Shown here one piece after another: positions 48,318 to 58,400 of a stretch of 64,000 nt of DNA. Position 1 is the stretch's first letter, and every line of letters starts with the position of its first letter. The notes beneath the pieces were generated by a model. The model worked only from the letters and a program-made list of their open reading frames with translations, did no database searches and had not been told where the DNA came from. Origin of the DNA: a virus. The stretch lies in IMG/VR virus record IMGVR_UViG_3300017752_000006. One strand, given 5' to 3'. Both the position numbers and the translations under genes were made by a program.

Positions 48318-49934
48318 ATGGCATTAAATTTTCCACTAAATCCAGTAGCAGACGACTTTTACACTGAAGGCGGCACAACGTGGAAGTACGACGGTGTAAC
48401 GTGGAATGTTGATTCGTCGTTGTCAGCAATTAACATATTCCAAACGTTTGGTGCAGATACAGGTTTAGCATCTCCTATTGTTGGGCTAGACACATTAAAC
48501 ATTGTAGGCGGATCTAATGTAACAACTTCAGTGTCAGGCAGAAATATAATTATTAATAGTTCAGGTGGCGGTCTTACACAGAATGTGTTTGATACTTTTG
48601 CGGCAGATGAAGGTTCAACGTCCGCTGCATCTATAAATGATACCCTAAATATTTTAGGCGGAACTAACATTGCAACCACTATTGCATCAGACACAGATAA
48701 CGTAACAATTAACATGTCGCCATTTAGTATTGACTTTTTAACTGATGTTGATACTACGAGTAGTGCACCTACTACGGGACAAGTTTTAAAATGGGACGGC
48801 GGTAAATGGGCACCCGGTGTTGATGCAACAACAGGCGGAGCAGGAACCGACGCTGATACGCTAGACGGTTTTGACGGATCTTATTACCTAGACTACAATA
48901 ATCTTAACAATACGCCTGCTATACTAGCACTTGATAGTTTAAGTATTGGTGTAGAAAACCCTGCAAGTGGTAATGGTGCAATTAGTTATAACAACGCAAC
49001 TGGTGAATTTAAATATACACCGCCAACTGCGGCAGGAATTGGCGCTATAGCATCTGAAGTAAATGACTTGTCAGCAGCAGTAGTATGGGCAAATGTACCA
49101 GATGCAAATATTACAGCATCATCTATTACGCAACACCAAGCATCATTAAGTATCACTGAAAGCCAAATAAGTGATTTACAAAGTTATATCACTGATTATA
49201 CAGTTGTTGCTACGGATTTAAATACAATTAGCATAGATGCTTTAAGCGATGTTGATACCACAACCACTACTCCAAATACAAATGATGTACTACAATGGAA
49301 CGGAACTAATTGGGTACCTGCAGTAGTATCAGGAGGCGGCGGAAGCGGAGATCCAGACCAAAATTTATGGCAAGACATTTCGGGTGATAGCGGAACTGTA
49401 ACAGCAAATTCAACTACTGACACACTTACAATTGAAGGTGGAACAAATATTACAACCAGTGCTGCAAATGATACTATTACTATTGACTTTAGTGGAACAC
49501 TAGGATCAAGTACATTTTCAGGATTAACAGATGCAACTACAGCAAGTTTAAATATTTCAAAAATTTATATGCCTGCTATTGCAATGCTTACTGTAAATAA
49601 CACTGGCACAAGTGCATATACGTTTAATAGTCATTATACCGGCAATAATCCAACGGTATATGGACTAGCAGGCACTACATTGGCATTTGACTTAACCAAT
49701 GCCACTGGACATCCATTTGAAATACAAGATCCTACTAGCAATCCTTATAATACAGGATTAGTTCATGTTGATACAGACGGAACTGTAACCACAGGTTCTA
49801 ACGCACAAGGAAAATCATCAGGTGTTTTATATTGGCAAATTCCAGAATCAATTAGTGGTACATATAGATATCAATGTCAATCACATATTGCAATGGTAGG
49901 CGGAATTTCAATTAAACGATTGTCAGTAATTTAA
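48318..49934 (+). CDS. Fibre-like virion protein with C-terminal cupredoxin-like motif
   Basis: Repeats DTLNI.GG.NI.T and L.DVDT...P..GQVL.W.G..W; GHPFEI ... YQCQSHIAMVG. Confidence 0.72.
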   Translation: MALNFPLNPVADDFYTEGGTTWKYDGVTWNVDSSLSAINIFQTFGADTGLASPIVGLDTLNIVGGSNVTTSVSGRNIIINSSGGGLTQNVFDTFAADEGSTSAASINDTLNILGGTNIATTIASDTDNVTINMSPFSIDFLTDVDTTSSAPTTGQVLKWDGGKWAPGVDATTGGAGTDADTLDGFDGSYYLDYNNLNNTPAILALDSLSIGVENPASGNGAISYNNATGEFKYTPPTAAGIGAIASEVNDLSAAVVWANVPDANITASSITQHQASLSITESQISDLQSYITDYTVVATDLNTISIDALSDVDTTTTTPNTNDVLQWNGTNWVPAVVSGGGGSGDPDQNLWQDISGDSGTVTANSTTDTLTIEGGTNITTSAANDTITIDFSGTLGSSTFSGLTDATTASLNISKIYMPAIAMLTVNNTGTSAYTFNSHYTGNNPTVYGLAGTTLAFDLTNATGHPFEIQDPTSNPYNTGLVHVDTDGTVTTGSNAQGKSSGVLYWQIPESISGTYRYQCQSHIAMVGGISIKRLSVI

Positions 49935-50182
49935 AATAACTTTTCTAAATTTGTTCTTATTTCATTTAGACGTTCTACATTTTCTCTATTACGAGAAGGT
50001 TTAATATACCCATTATTTGTAGTATTATGGCCCTCATCTATAAGATTAAGTTGTAGTTGATAATCACGTAGATAAGTTTCAAACTGTTGTTTTACTGACA
50101 CGTTTTGTATTTTACTTACAGCTAAGGTATATCTTTGTAAATCTTGTTTTATTTTTTTCTCTTGAGTTAATTTTTTTAACAT
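49931..50182 (-). CDS. Hypothetical protein
   Basis: Coupled to upstream minus-strand gene (TAATG overlap). Confidence 0.6.
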   Translation of the reverse strand: MLKKLTQEKKIKQDLQRYTLAVSKIQNVSVKQQFETYLRDYQLQLNLIDEGHNTTNNGYIKPSRNRENVERLNEIRTNLEKLF

Positions 50183-50544
50183 TAAAAAGCCTCTGGTTTT
50201 AATATGATATGCTGGTCGTTATCTACAGTAGAACACGCAACGTGTAAACTAGATTCGGAACGTTTAGCTTCAAATGAACTTGGTTGAAGTTTAGGACAAT
50301 GCCACACTTGACCTTCTTTTAGTTGTGCTTGTAAAATATTGCCAGACTCGGTATCTATCCATTTTACTACAAATTCTCCTACACTAACAAAAAAAGTTTT
50401 ATCAGTTTTTGCATTGAAATAAAATGGTGTTTTACTTCCTACATTATTAAAATATAAAATTTTACCACAATAGTCGGATGTACTAGCCCAAATTAATTCA
50501 TAACCCCATTGGTGTTCAATTACGTTGTTGGTTTTTTCCTGCAT
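50182..50544 (-). CDS. Cupin-fold protein, apparently lacking the metal-binding His residues
   Basis: WGYELIWA...YCGKIL start and LKEGQVWHCP typical of small phage cupins. Confidence 0.55.
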   Translation of the reverse strand: MQEKTNNVIEHQWGYELIWASTSDYCGKILYFNNVGSKTPFYFNAKTDKTFFVSVGEFVVKWIDTESGNILQAQLKEGQVWHCPKLQPSSFEAKRSESSLHVACSTVDNDQHIILKPEAF

Positions 50545-50546
50545 AA

Positions 50547-50978
50547 TTATTCCATTAAATCTATTAATTTAAAAACTGTTTCAAGTTTGACTTGGTTAGT
50601 TTTATTTTGTAGTGTGTTACGTAATCCGTGGTGTAATGGTTTAGGCCATTTTGTAAACGAAACCCAAGCATATCCATCATGTTCGTCATTTAGTTTAGGA
50701 ATAAATTCATTGTCTACTAAACACAAATATGTATGGAATTGAAATTTATCATCATTACTTACAAAAGTTTCTAAAGGAATAGTTTTTTTAATTTTTACAT
50801 CGCCGATTTCTTCAGATATTTCACGTTTTAGACTTTCCCAAGGTGTTTCTTGACCTTCGTTTGTTCCGCCAACTAATCCCCAAAGGTTATTTTGTTTACC
50901 TTTGGTTCTATGTAGAAACAAAAATCTATGTGTATCTAATGTGTAGAACAATGCTCCACTACAAATAATCTTTTCCAT
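50547..50978 (-). CDS. NUDIX hydrolase
   Basis: Complete Nudix box GTNEGQETPWESLKREISEEIG (GX5EX7REUXEEXG). Confidence 0.92.
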   Translation of the reverse strand: MEKIICSGALFYTLDTHRFLFLHRTKGKQNNLWGLVGGTNEGQETPWESLKREISEEIGDVKIKKTIPLETFVSNDDKFQFHTYLCLVDNEFIPKLNDEHDGYAWVSFTKWPKPLHHGLRNTLQNKTNQVKLETVFKLIDLME

Positions 50979-50991
50979 ACAAATAATTATG

Positions 50992-52455
50992 CTAGAATTT
51001 TAAACGCCAGGTTCCATTTGGATATTCACCTTCGAAGGATAGTATCCATTCTCCGTCATCCCATTTATATTGAATGCCTGTATTTAAATTTGTTGTATAG
51101 GCAGTTCCGGTGTATGTGCTTGCATCAAATACTACCTGCCAAGCAGTGCCGCTCCATTCAACTATGTCGTTAGCACTAGCTATAAAGTCTGTGCCGTCGT
51201 TATTTTTCCAATCATCGGCACCATCAGTGTTACTAATATCACCAATGCTGTTGTCTAATAACAACAATCTATACCCTGCTGTTTTAAAGTTACTAGGGCT
51301 AGTTTTTTGCGGATCGATAATGTAATGAATCTTATTAGCATCACCATTAGGACCTGTTATGATAGTATCACTAGGTAGTGTATCAGCATCCCAGTTTACA
51401 ATTAATTCATTAGGATCAGCTGAATTAATAGCAACTGTACCTGCTATTTCAGAAGTAAGATCTTTACGTTGTAATCTTATCTCAGTAATGCCAGCTTCGA
51501 ATATCTCTGGAAATGATTTTATATATGCGTCCCACAGCACACTTCCTACAACCCCGCGTCTTATAAGTTTTGCACTATTACCTAAAATTAACAGTCCGTA
51601 ATCCTTAAATGTATTTAAAATTACATTCGTCGTATTATTCTTAATTGCACCAGCATTCCTATTTTGTCTACTAATCTCACCAGTAGGTGTTATTCCTACA
51701 GATGTTCTAATATCAGCACTGACTACACTATTGTCAGCACCTGCTTGTAATTCTGGCCTACTTTCCTCTAATCCTATTGTTCCTCTAGTTTCGTCATATA
51801 TACTTTGAACAATACTAGTTACAACACCCAATCTTTTTACTTTTGTAGGAGGAGAAATGTATATAGGAGTTTTGAATCCTAGTTGTGCTACATCTATTTC
51901 AGTTTCAGTTCCTACCGGTATACTTCTTGAACTAAACCCAATACTATCTAAATTTACAACACTAAGACTGGTCCAATCTACGTAGTTATCTGTTGTTTGT
52001 ATTTCTAAACTTGGATTAAACAACATTAAAATTTGCTCCATCAATTGTAGTTTTTGATCAGTATTAGAAGTCCATAAGTCTACGTTTACACTCAATGTAT
52101 ATGGTGTTGGCATCAAACGTTCTACTGTATAATTTTTACCTTCAGTATTCAAGTATTCATTGCCGTCACTGTCGTATGCACGTTCTCTTATGTTTAATTT
52201 ATTGACATAACTAGCATCACTTAACCTAGCGTTGTCCATTTCTAATCCAGTAATATATACAGCCATTCTTGGTGCACTTGGTATTTTATTTTCTGAATTG
52301 TCTCTAAGTATATGTCCTACTTGTCTAGTTATATCTCCGTACATGACAGGTACTTCTGTCAACACACCACTACCATCTTTGTAAGTAAAATTACTCATTA
52401 GCCTTACAATTTGTGTAATGTATCTTCTAATTTGTCCGTCATAAAAATGTTGCAT
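50992..52455 (-). CDS. gp15: Tail sheath stabiliser/terminator (T4 gp15-like) with C-terminal extension
   Basis: FYDGQIRRYI, VPVMYG, PRMAVYIT, MPTPY, QLMEQIL.LFNP motifs; next to gp14/gp13. Confidence 0.8.
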   Translation of the reverse strand: MQHFYDGQIRRYITQIVRLMSNFTYKDGSGVLTEVPVMYGDITRQVGHILRDNSENKIPSAPRMAVYITGLEMDNARLSDASYVNKLNIRERAYDSDGNEYLNTEGKNYTVERLMPTPYTLSVNVDLWTSNTDQKLQLMEQILMLFNPSLEIQTTDNYVDWTSLSVVNLDSIGFSSRSIPVGTETEIDVAQLGFKTPIYISPPTKVKRLGVVTSIVQSIYDETRGTIGLEESRPELQAGADNSVVSADIRTSVGITPTGEISRQNRNAGAIKNNTTNVILNTFKDYGLLILGNSAKLIRRGVVGSVLWDAYIKSFPEIFEAGITEIRLQRKDLTSEIAGTVAINSADPNELIVNWDADTLPSDTIITGPNGDANKIHYIIDPQKTSPSNFKTAGYRLLLLDNSIGDISNTDGADDWKNNDGTDFIASANDIVEWSGTAWQVVFDASTYTGTAYTTNLNTGIQYKWDDGEWILSFEGEYPNGTWRLKF

Positions 52456-53618
52456 TAATTATCTGCCTTAGGTCTAAGTGCTTTTGATAAACTCTGTCTT
52501 TCTTTTACGTCTTCCCCACCTATCTCGGCAGTTGTTGAGTTATTAATAAATGTACCTTTTTGTGTTGAGCGTGTATCAGTATTTGACAATGTCATACGTA
52601 CTTTATCTTCTTGTTTGACCCAACGCTGTCCGTCATTTCTAAATAATCTATTTGGCATAAAATCTGTCCTTAAAAAGAAATCACCTTCAACACTGCCTGT
52701 CGGAAAGCTAATTCCGTGACCAAATGCTTCGCCGTTGCCAGGTATACCGTCACCTAGTAAGTAACCCTGATATCCTTCTCGTTTAGGTGTCTGCATTACT
52801 CTATCAGCAAGTTCATTTGCTGTGCTTGCATCTAAAGTGCTTGTATCTGTAGTTACAAGTTCTACTTCACCGTTCTCGTCAGTAGCAAGACTAAAATAAT
52901 GACTAGTATCATAACCTGATTTTGCAGCATCAGCTTCGGCTTGTGCAACAACAGCATTATTAATTTGCATTTCTTGTTCGTATGTAGATAATAGATCTCG
53001 TAAACTATTACCACCTGGATTTTCTTCTTCTGCAGGTAAATCAAGTATATCTTTGTATTCTTGACTGTCCATAATTTGTTTTAGTTTTACTCTATACAAA
53101 TGCGGATACCAAGTAGGTGAAAATCCTTCAGCAGCCCGGTTAACATCTTCTACTACATAAAAACGCTTTAATGCAACACTGTAATCATTAAGTGCATATT
53201 CGTCTTTTAGATGCGGTAATTCAATTACGTCTCCTGCCATAATTTTTCTACCAAGAGTTTTAACACTAGATGATATATGTATAGTCATAAACAGTGTATC
53301 ATTGGATAAAAACAATCCAAATTGACTCATATTAAAGTCTATGTCTTGTACATTATATATACCTCGTAGGCTGTAGATATCAGGATCATATTTACGATCT
53401 CTATTTTCCATAAACAGCATATCTTGTATATTGGTCTCTTTAACAGCATCATACTTGGGCTGATCAGCAGTTGCATCGGCTTCTTCGGGGTTTTTTGGCC
53501 CTAAATATTTGTGAATAAATACATCTGTTCCGCCTACAGTGAACATTTCATAGATACGATTGTCTATGAATTCGAAGTCTTTACCCTTTTCTGGTTTATA
53601 TAAACTAAGTCTTGGCAT
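52455..53618 (-). CDS. gp14: Neck protein (T4 gp14-like); start reassigned to MPRLS at 53618
   Basis: DMLFMENRDRKYD, FGLFL..D.LF, GD.IELPHL motifs; synteny. Confidence 0.78.
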   Translation of the reverse strand: MPRLSLYKPEKGKDFEFIDNRIYEMFTVGGTDVFIHKYLGPKNPEEADATADQPKYDAVKETNIQDMLFMENRDRKYDPDIYSLRGIYNVQDIDFNMSQFGLFLSNDTLFMTIHISSSVKTLGRKIMAGDVIELPHLKDEYALNDYSVALKRFYVVEDVNRAAEGFSPTWYPHLYRVKLKQIMDSQEYKDILDLPAEEENPGGNSLRDLLSTYEQEMQINNAVVAQAEADAAKSGYDTSHYFSLATDENGEVELVTTDTSTLDASTANELADRVMQTPKREGYQGYLLGDGIPGNGEAFGHGISFPTGSVEGDFFLRTDFMPNRLFRNDGQRWVKQEDKVRMTLSNTDTRSTQKGTFINNSTTAEIGGEDVKERQSLSKALRPKADN

Positions 53619-53623
53619 ACACA

Positions 53624-53644
53624 TATTTATCGATACGATAAATA
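53624..53644. promoter_or_regulatory. Back-to-back late promoters forming a perfect inverted repeat
   Basis: TATTTATCG-ATA-CGATAAATA between divergent gp14 and gp13. Confidence 0.75.
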
Positions 53645-53664
53645 CTATTGGAGAAACTATTCTT

Positions 53665-54423
53665 ATGGCAACATTAAAAACAAAAAAACAAGAAATATTT
53701 GACTATGTCTATGCTATGCTAGGCGGAGGTATGGTTGATGTAGAACTTGATCCGGTACATTATGAAACAGCTTTAACAAAAGCATTAACTAGATTCAGAC
53801 AACGCTCTGAAAATTCGGTAGAAGAAAGTTATTTTTTTATGCCTACAGTAACAGATCAAAACACATATACTTTGCCAAACGAAATTGTTGAAGTAAGACA
53901 AATTTTTCGTAGATCAATAGGATCACGCTCAGGTGGCGGCGATGGAGGTACTCTATTTGAACCATTTAATCTAGCATATACAAATACATACCTATTGGCA
54001 AGTTCTAACATGGGCGGACTAGCAACATACGATTTCTTTAGTCAATACCAAGAACTAGTAGGTAGAATGTTTGGTTCTTTTATAGAGTTTAAATGGAACA
54101 CAGTAACAAAACAACTAACCATACTACAGCGTTCTCGGACAGAAGAAACATTAATGTTGCTTTGCTATAACTATCGGCCCGATGAACAAATTATGGACGA
54201 TTACTTAGCAAAACAATGGATTAAAGATTACACAGTTGCTACATGTAAGTATATGTTAGGCGAAGCACGTTCAAAATTTGCTACTATTGCTGGACCACAA
54301 GGTGGCGGCCAACTTAATGGCGATGCATTAAAAGCAGAAGCCCAACAAGAAATGGAAAAACTTGAAGGCGAAGTGTCAACAGCAGTACCAGGTGGAACTG
54401 GTTACACATTCACAATTGGCTAA
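53665..54423 (+). CDS. gp13: Neck protein (T4 gp13-like); start reassigned to MATLK at 53665
   Basis: LGGGMVDVELD, WIKDY..A..K..LGEARSKF, LNG..LKAEA; GGAG SD. Confidence 0.85.
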   Translation: MATLKTKKQEIFDYVYAMLGGGMVDVELDPVHYETALTKALTRFRQRSENSVEESYFFMPTVTDQNTYTLPNEIVEVRQIFRRSIGSRSGGGDGGTLFEPFNLAYTNTYLLASSNMGGLATYDFFSQYQELVGRMFGSFIEFKWNTVTKQLTILQRSRTEETLMLLCYNYRPDEQIMDDYLAKQWIKDYTVATCKYMLGEARSKFATIAGPQGGGQLNGDALKAEAQQEMEKLEGEVSTAVPGGTGYTFTIG

Positions 54424-54432
54424 ACTTTTTAC

Positions 54433-54461
54433 TTGACTTTTATAAATTTTTATTATATAAT
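54433..54461 (+). promoter_or_regulatory. Sigma70-type promoter TTGACT-N17-TATAAT
   Basis: -35 at 54433-54438, -10 at 54456-54461, directly upstream of the dNMP kinase gene. Confidence 0.75.
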
Positions 54462-54483
54462 AATTAAAAGTTAAGGAATTTTT

Positions 54484-55077
54484 ATGATTATTGGTATTTG
54501 CGGATTAATAGGTAGCGGAAAAGACTCTGTTGCAGATATTCTTGTACAGGAAAAAAACTTTAAAAAAATATCTTTTGCAGATAAGCTCAAAGACGGTGTA
54601 GCAACAGTCTTTGGTTGGGATCGATCAATGCTTGAAGGCAAAACAAGCAATAGTAGAGACTGGCGCGAAGAAAAAGATGATTTTTGGTCTGCTGAATTAG
54701 GTAAAGATATTAGCCCAAGACTAGTATTACAGCTATTTGGTACTGAGTGTATGCGACAAGGATTTTACGATGGTATTTGGGTGAGCTTAGTTAAGAAGCA
54801 TATAATAGATAATCCCAAACAAAATTTTGTTATTCCTGACGTGAGATTTCCTAACGAAGCTAATATGATAAAAAGTATACATGGAGAAGTCTGGCGTATG
54901 CGTAGAGGTCCTGATCCTGTATGGTTTCGTATGTATCAAGATTTAGGCATAGAACCCACAGAAGTACACGAGTCTGAATGGGCTTGGGCTAATACAAACT
55001 TTAATCAAATACTAGATAATAACGGAACACTTCTTGAACTTAGAAGTCAGGTAAAAGGTCACCTTGTTTCCATTTAA
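54484..55077 (+). CDS. Deoxynucleoside monophosphate kinase (T4 gp1-like)
   Basis: IIGICGLIGSGKD P-loop, FADKLKD, PRLVLQLFGTE, DVRFPNE. Confidence 0.9.
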   Translation: MIIGICGLIGSGKDSVADILVQEKNFKKISFADKLKDGVATVFGWDRSMLEGKTSNSRDWREEKDDFWSAELGKDISPRLVLQLFGTECMRQGFYDGIWVSLVKKHIIDNPKQNFVIPDVRFPNEANMIKSIHGEVWRMRRGPDPVWFRMYQDLGIEPTEVHESEWAWANTNFNQILDNNGTLLELRSQVKGHLVSI

Positions 55078-55375
55078 CTCCTTGTTTTTGTAGTAGTCGT
55101 TGACAGTTAGCACATATTGTTTTAAGATTACTAGGCCTACAATTTTGTAAATCACCGTCGATGTGAAAAACATTAAACTGTTCAATGTGCTTACTTTCAA
55201 ATGCACATTTTTCGCAATAATCTTTTTTATCGTAACCTTTCTGTTTCCACAATGGTACGCCAAAATTAACACCATTGCGCAAACATCTTTCGCATAGGCT
55301 TCTATAAAAGGTTTTTCCGTCTTTTTTATAATTTATTGCACAAGGACGTTGTTTACATTTGCATAAAGGTCTCAT
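55040..55375 (-). CDS. Zn-finger/HNH-like protein
   Basis: CxxC pairs and VFHIDG...N...NLKTICANC. Confidence 0.7.
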   Translation of the reverse strand: MRPLCKCKQRPCAINYKKDGKTFYRSLCERCLRNGVNFGVPLWKQKGYDKKDYCEKCAFESKHIEQFNVFHIDGDLQNCRPSNLKTICANCQRLLQKQGVKWKQGDLLPDF

Positions 55376-55444
55376 ATTGTATTTACCTCACCTTTACGGT
55401 ACCTTTTTATTGGCTTATATCAGCTGGTATTTAAAAATATATGC

Positions 55445-55450
55445 TAAATA
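55445..55450 (+). promoter_or_regulatory. Late promoter core for sheath gene
   Basis: CTAAATA before AGGAG SD; a second, minus-strand TAAATA lies at 55380-55385. Confidence 0.65.
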
Positions 55451-55486
55451 ATAATAACAAAGTAATGTCCACGATAGGAGAATAAC

Positions 55487-58400
55487 ATGGCACTAGTATC
55501 CCCAGGCGTACAGGTTAGCGTAGTAGACGAAAGTTTTTACACACCCGCTGAACCAGGTACAACACCAATGATCTTTATTGCTTCGGCACAAGATAAAACA
55601 AATGCAGCAGGCACAGGTACAGCACCTGGCACTACAGCGGCAAATGCAGGAGTTCCATATCTGTTAACAAGTCAAAGAGACTTAGCAGATACATTTGGAG
55701 ATCCAATTTTCAAATCTGATTCAAATAACAATATGATACACGGTGGCGAACTAAACGAATACGGATTGCAAGCTGCTTATTCATATTTAGGTATAGCAAA
55801 CAGAGCCTTTGTAGTAAGAGCAGATGTTGACCTAGGAGAACTAGAACCATTAGCAGTAGCACCAGAAGCTAATCCATCAGACGGTACATATTGGTTAGAT
55901 ACAGCAAATACATTATGGGGTATCCAGCAATGGAATGGTAATAGTGTATTAAATTCAGGACAGGTATTTACAAATAAAGTACCTATTGTTATTACAGATA
56001 GTTCGGACCTTTCAAATACAGGCTCATTAAGCACTAATGGATATGCAGGGGAAATTCCAGTTAGTAGTATTGGAGCAGTAGGAAGTTATGCAGTTATTGC
56101 AACTACAACTTTGATAAGAATTTTTTATAAAAATACAAACGGTGTTTGGGTACTTGTCGGAAGTGATGTTTGGATCAAATCGTGGCCAACAATTACAGGC
56201 ACAGCATCTAATCCATCATTTGCTGGAACAGCAGCAATTGAAATAAACGGTACAAGCGTAACTGTAAACAGTTCAGACACTGTTACTGATGTAGCATCTA
56301 CAATTAACGGACTTAGCATACCAGGAATTACTGCAAAATCAGTTGATCTAAAATTACAAATTTTTAGTGATGGATCAAGTTCAAGCGCAGATGATAGTTC
56401 ATTAGGCGGACCAGTATTAATTGGTGGTGATGCTGACAGATTAAGCGAATTAGGAATTGCAGTAGGAACATATTATCCTCCACAATTACAAATTAGTAAA
56501 CATACTAGCATTCCAGAATGGAAAACTGCTGATACGTATACACGCCCAACAGGTTCAGTTTGGTTAAAAACTACAACACCTAATCTAGGTGCAAGTTACA
56601 GTCTTAAGGAATGGAATAATGCAACTAAACTATGGGAATCAGTAAAGACTCCTTTATATCCTAATAATGAAACAGCAATATATGAATTAGATCCAACGAA
56701 TGGCGGAACAAATTTATTGAGTGGCGATGTTTATGCAGAAACTAATGTTGCAGGTGATACACAACCTCTTGCTACTATAAAGCTGCAAAAACGTAGAGGA
56801 GTAGCACCAACAACTATTAGTGGTAACAAGATTACAACTGGATCAATTAGTGTAGGTTCACAATCATTTACTATACAAGCGACTGACAACGGTAGTGCAG
56901 CATTTAGTACTGCTGTAACTATTACTGCAACTTACACTGGCGCGGCAGCAGATGCCGGATTATTAGCAGGTGCAATTAACTCAGCAAACATTGAAAATGT
57001 TACAGCAACTGCCAATTCAGGTAACAAAGTTGTAATAAACCATAGTTTAGGAGGCGAGATACGCTTTGTTGATACAGACGGAGTGCTACTAGCAGCAGGA
57101 TTTACTCCTTACGTAAGTCCAACAAGCGGTACACCAAACTTAATTTATGTACCAGGAACAACAAGTGCAACTAGTCCTAAACAAATCCAAGCAACTAGAT
57201 GGTCACCTGTAAATGATCAAGGTAATGGCTTCTATACAGCAAAATCTACTGAAGTAAAAGCAGGCACAGCAAATGGTAGACTTTGGTACAACAGTATTGT
57301 TGACGAAGTTGATATTTTAGTACACAACGGTAGTGAATGGGTAGGTACATTATATGATGGAGCATCTGGAGAAAGTTCAAATGCAAGTCCTTTTTATGAT
57401 GCAGATAGTACAAAAACACCTGATCCAGAAGGTCCTATTGTAAGTGCAACTGCACCTAAAACACAAAGCGACGGTACAGCACTTGTTAACGGAGACATTT
57501 GGATTGGAACAGCAGACTTAGAAAATTATCCAAAAATTTACAAATATCGTGCAGATAGAACAGACTTACCAATTGAAAACAGATGGATATTGGTAGACAG
57601 CGGCGATCAAACTTCAGAAAATGGTATACTATTTGCTGACGTTAGATACAGTGACTCGGGTGCATCAAGTGCAACAGCAGCTACAATTCCAGAATTAATG
57701 GTAAGCGACTTTGTTGACTTTGATTGTCCAGATCCTGCACTTTATCCAAAAGGAATGTTGTTATACAACCTAAGACGTTCAGGGTTTAACGTAAAGAAAT
57801 ATGTTAAAAATTATGTTAATACCGCCGGTAATAATACAAGATACGGTAGCGGTACTGGCGAATCACAGGCTGCATACTACGCAGATCGTTGGGTAACCGA
57901 AAGTGCTAATCAAGAAGATGGTTCAGGTACATTTGGACGTAAAGCACAGCGTAAGGTTGTTATCCAAGCATTACAAGCATTGGTCAACAGCAACCAAGAT
58001 ATTAGAGATGACGAATCAAGATTGTTTAACTTAATGGCGTGTCCAGGTTATTCTGAGTTAATCGGTGAAATGAAATCATTAAACTATGACAGAGGCTTAA
58101 CAGCATTTGTACTAGGTGATGCTCCATTCCGTTTAACAAGTGATGCGACATCATTAAATAATTGGGCAACAAACGTTAACCTAGCATTAGAAGATAACGA
58201 TAACGGACTTGTTACTTCTGATCCATATTTGGCAGTTTATTACCCAAGTGGGTTCACTAGTGATAATTTTGGTAACAATGTTGTTGTTCCGTCCTCGCAT
58301 ATGATGATGAGAACTATTGCACTTAGTGACCAAGTTTCGTTTCCATGGTTTGCACCAGCAGGTACAAGACGTGGTGGAATAACAAATGCAAGTTCAACAG

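Noticed and set aside
55012-55275. 87-aa minus-strand ORF overlapping the HNH-like gene
   Set aside because: Alternate frame of the better-supported Cys-rich ORF; no independent signals
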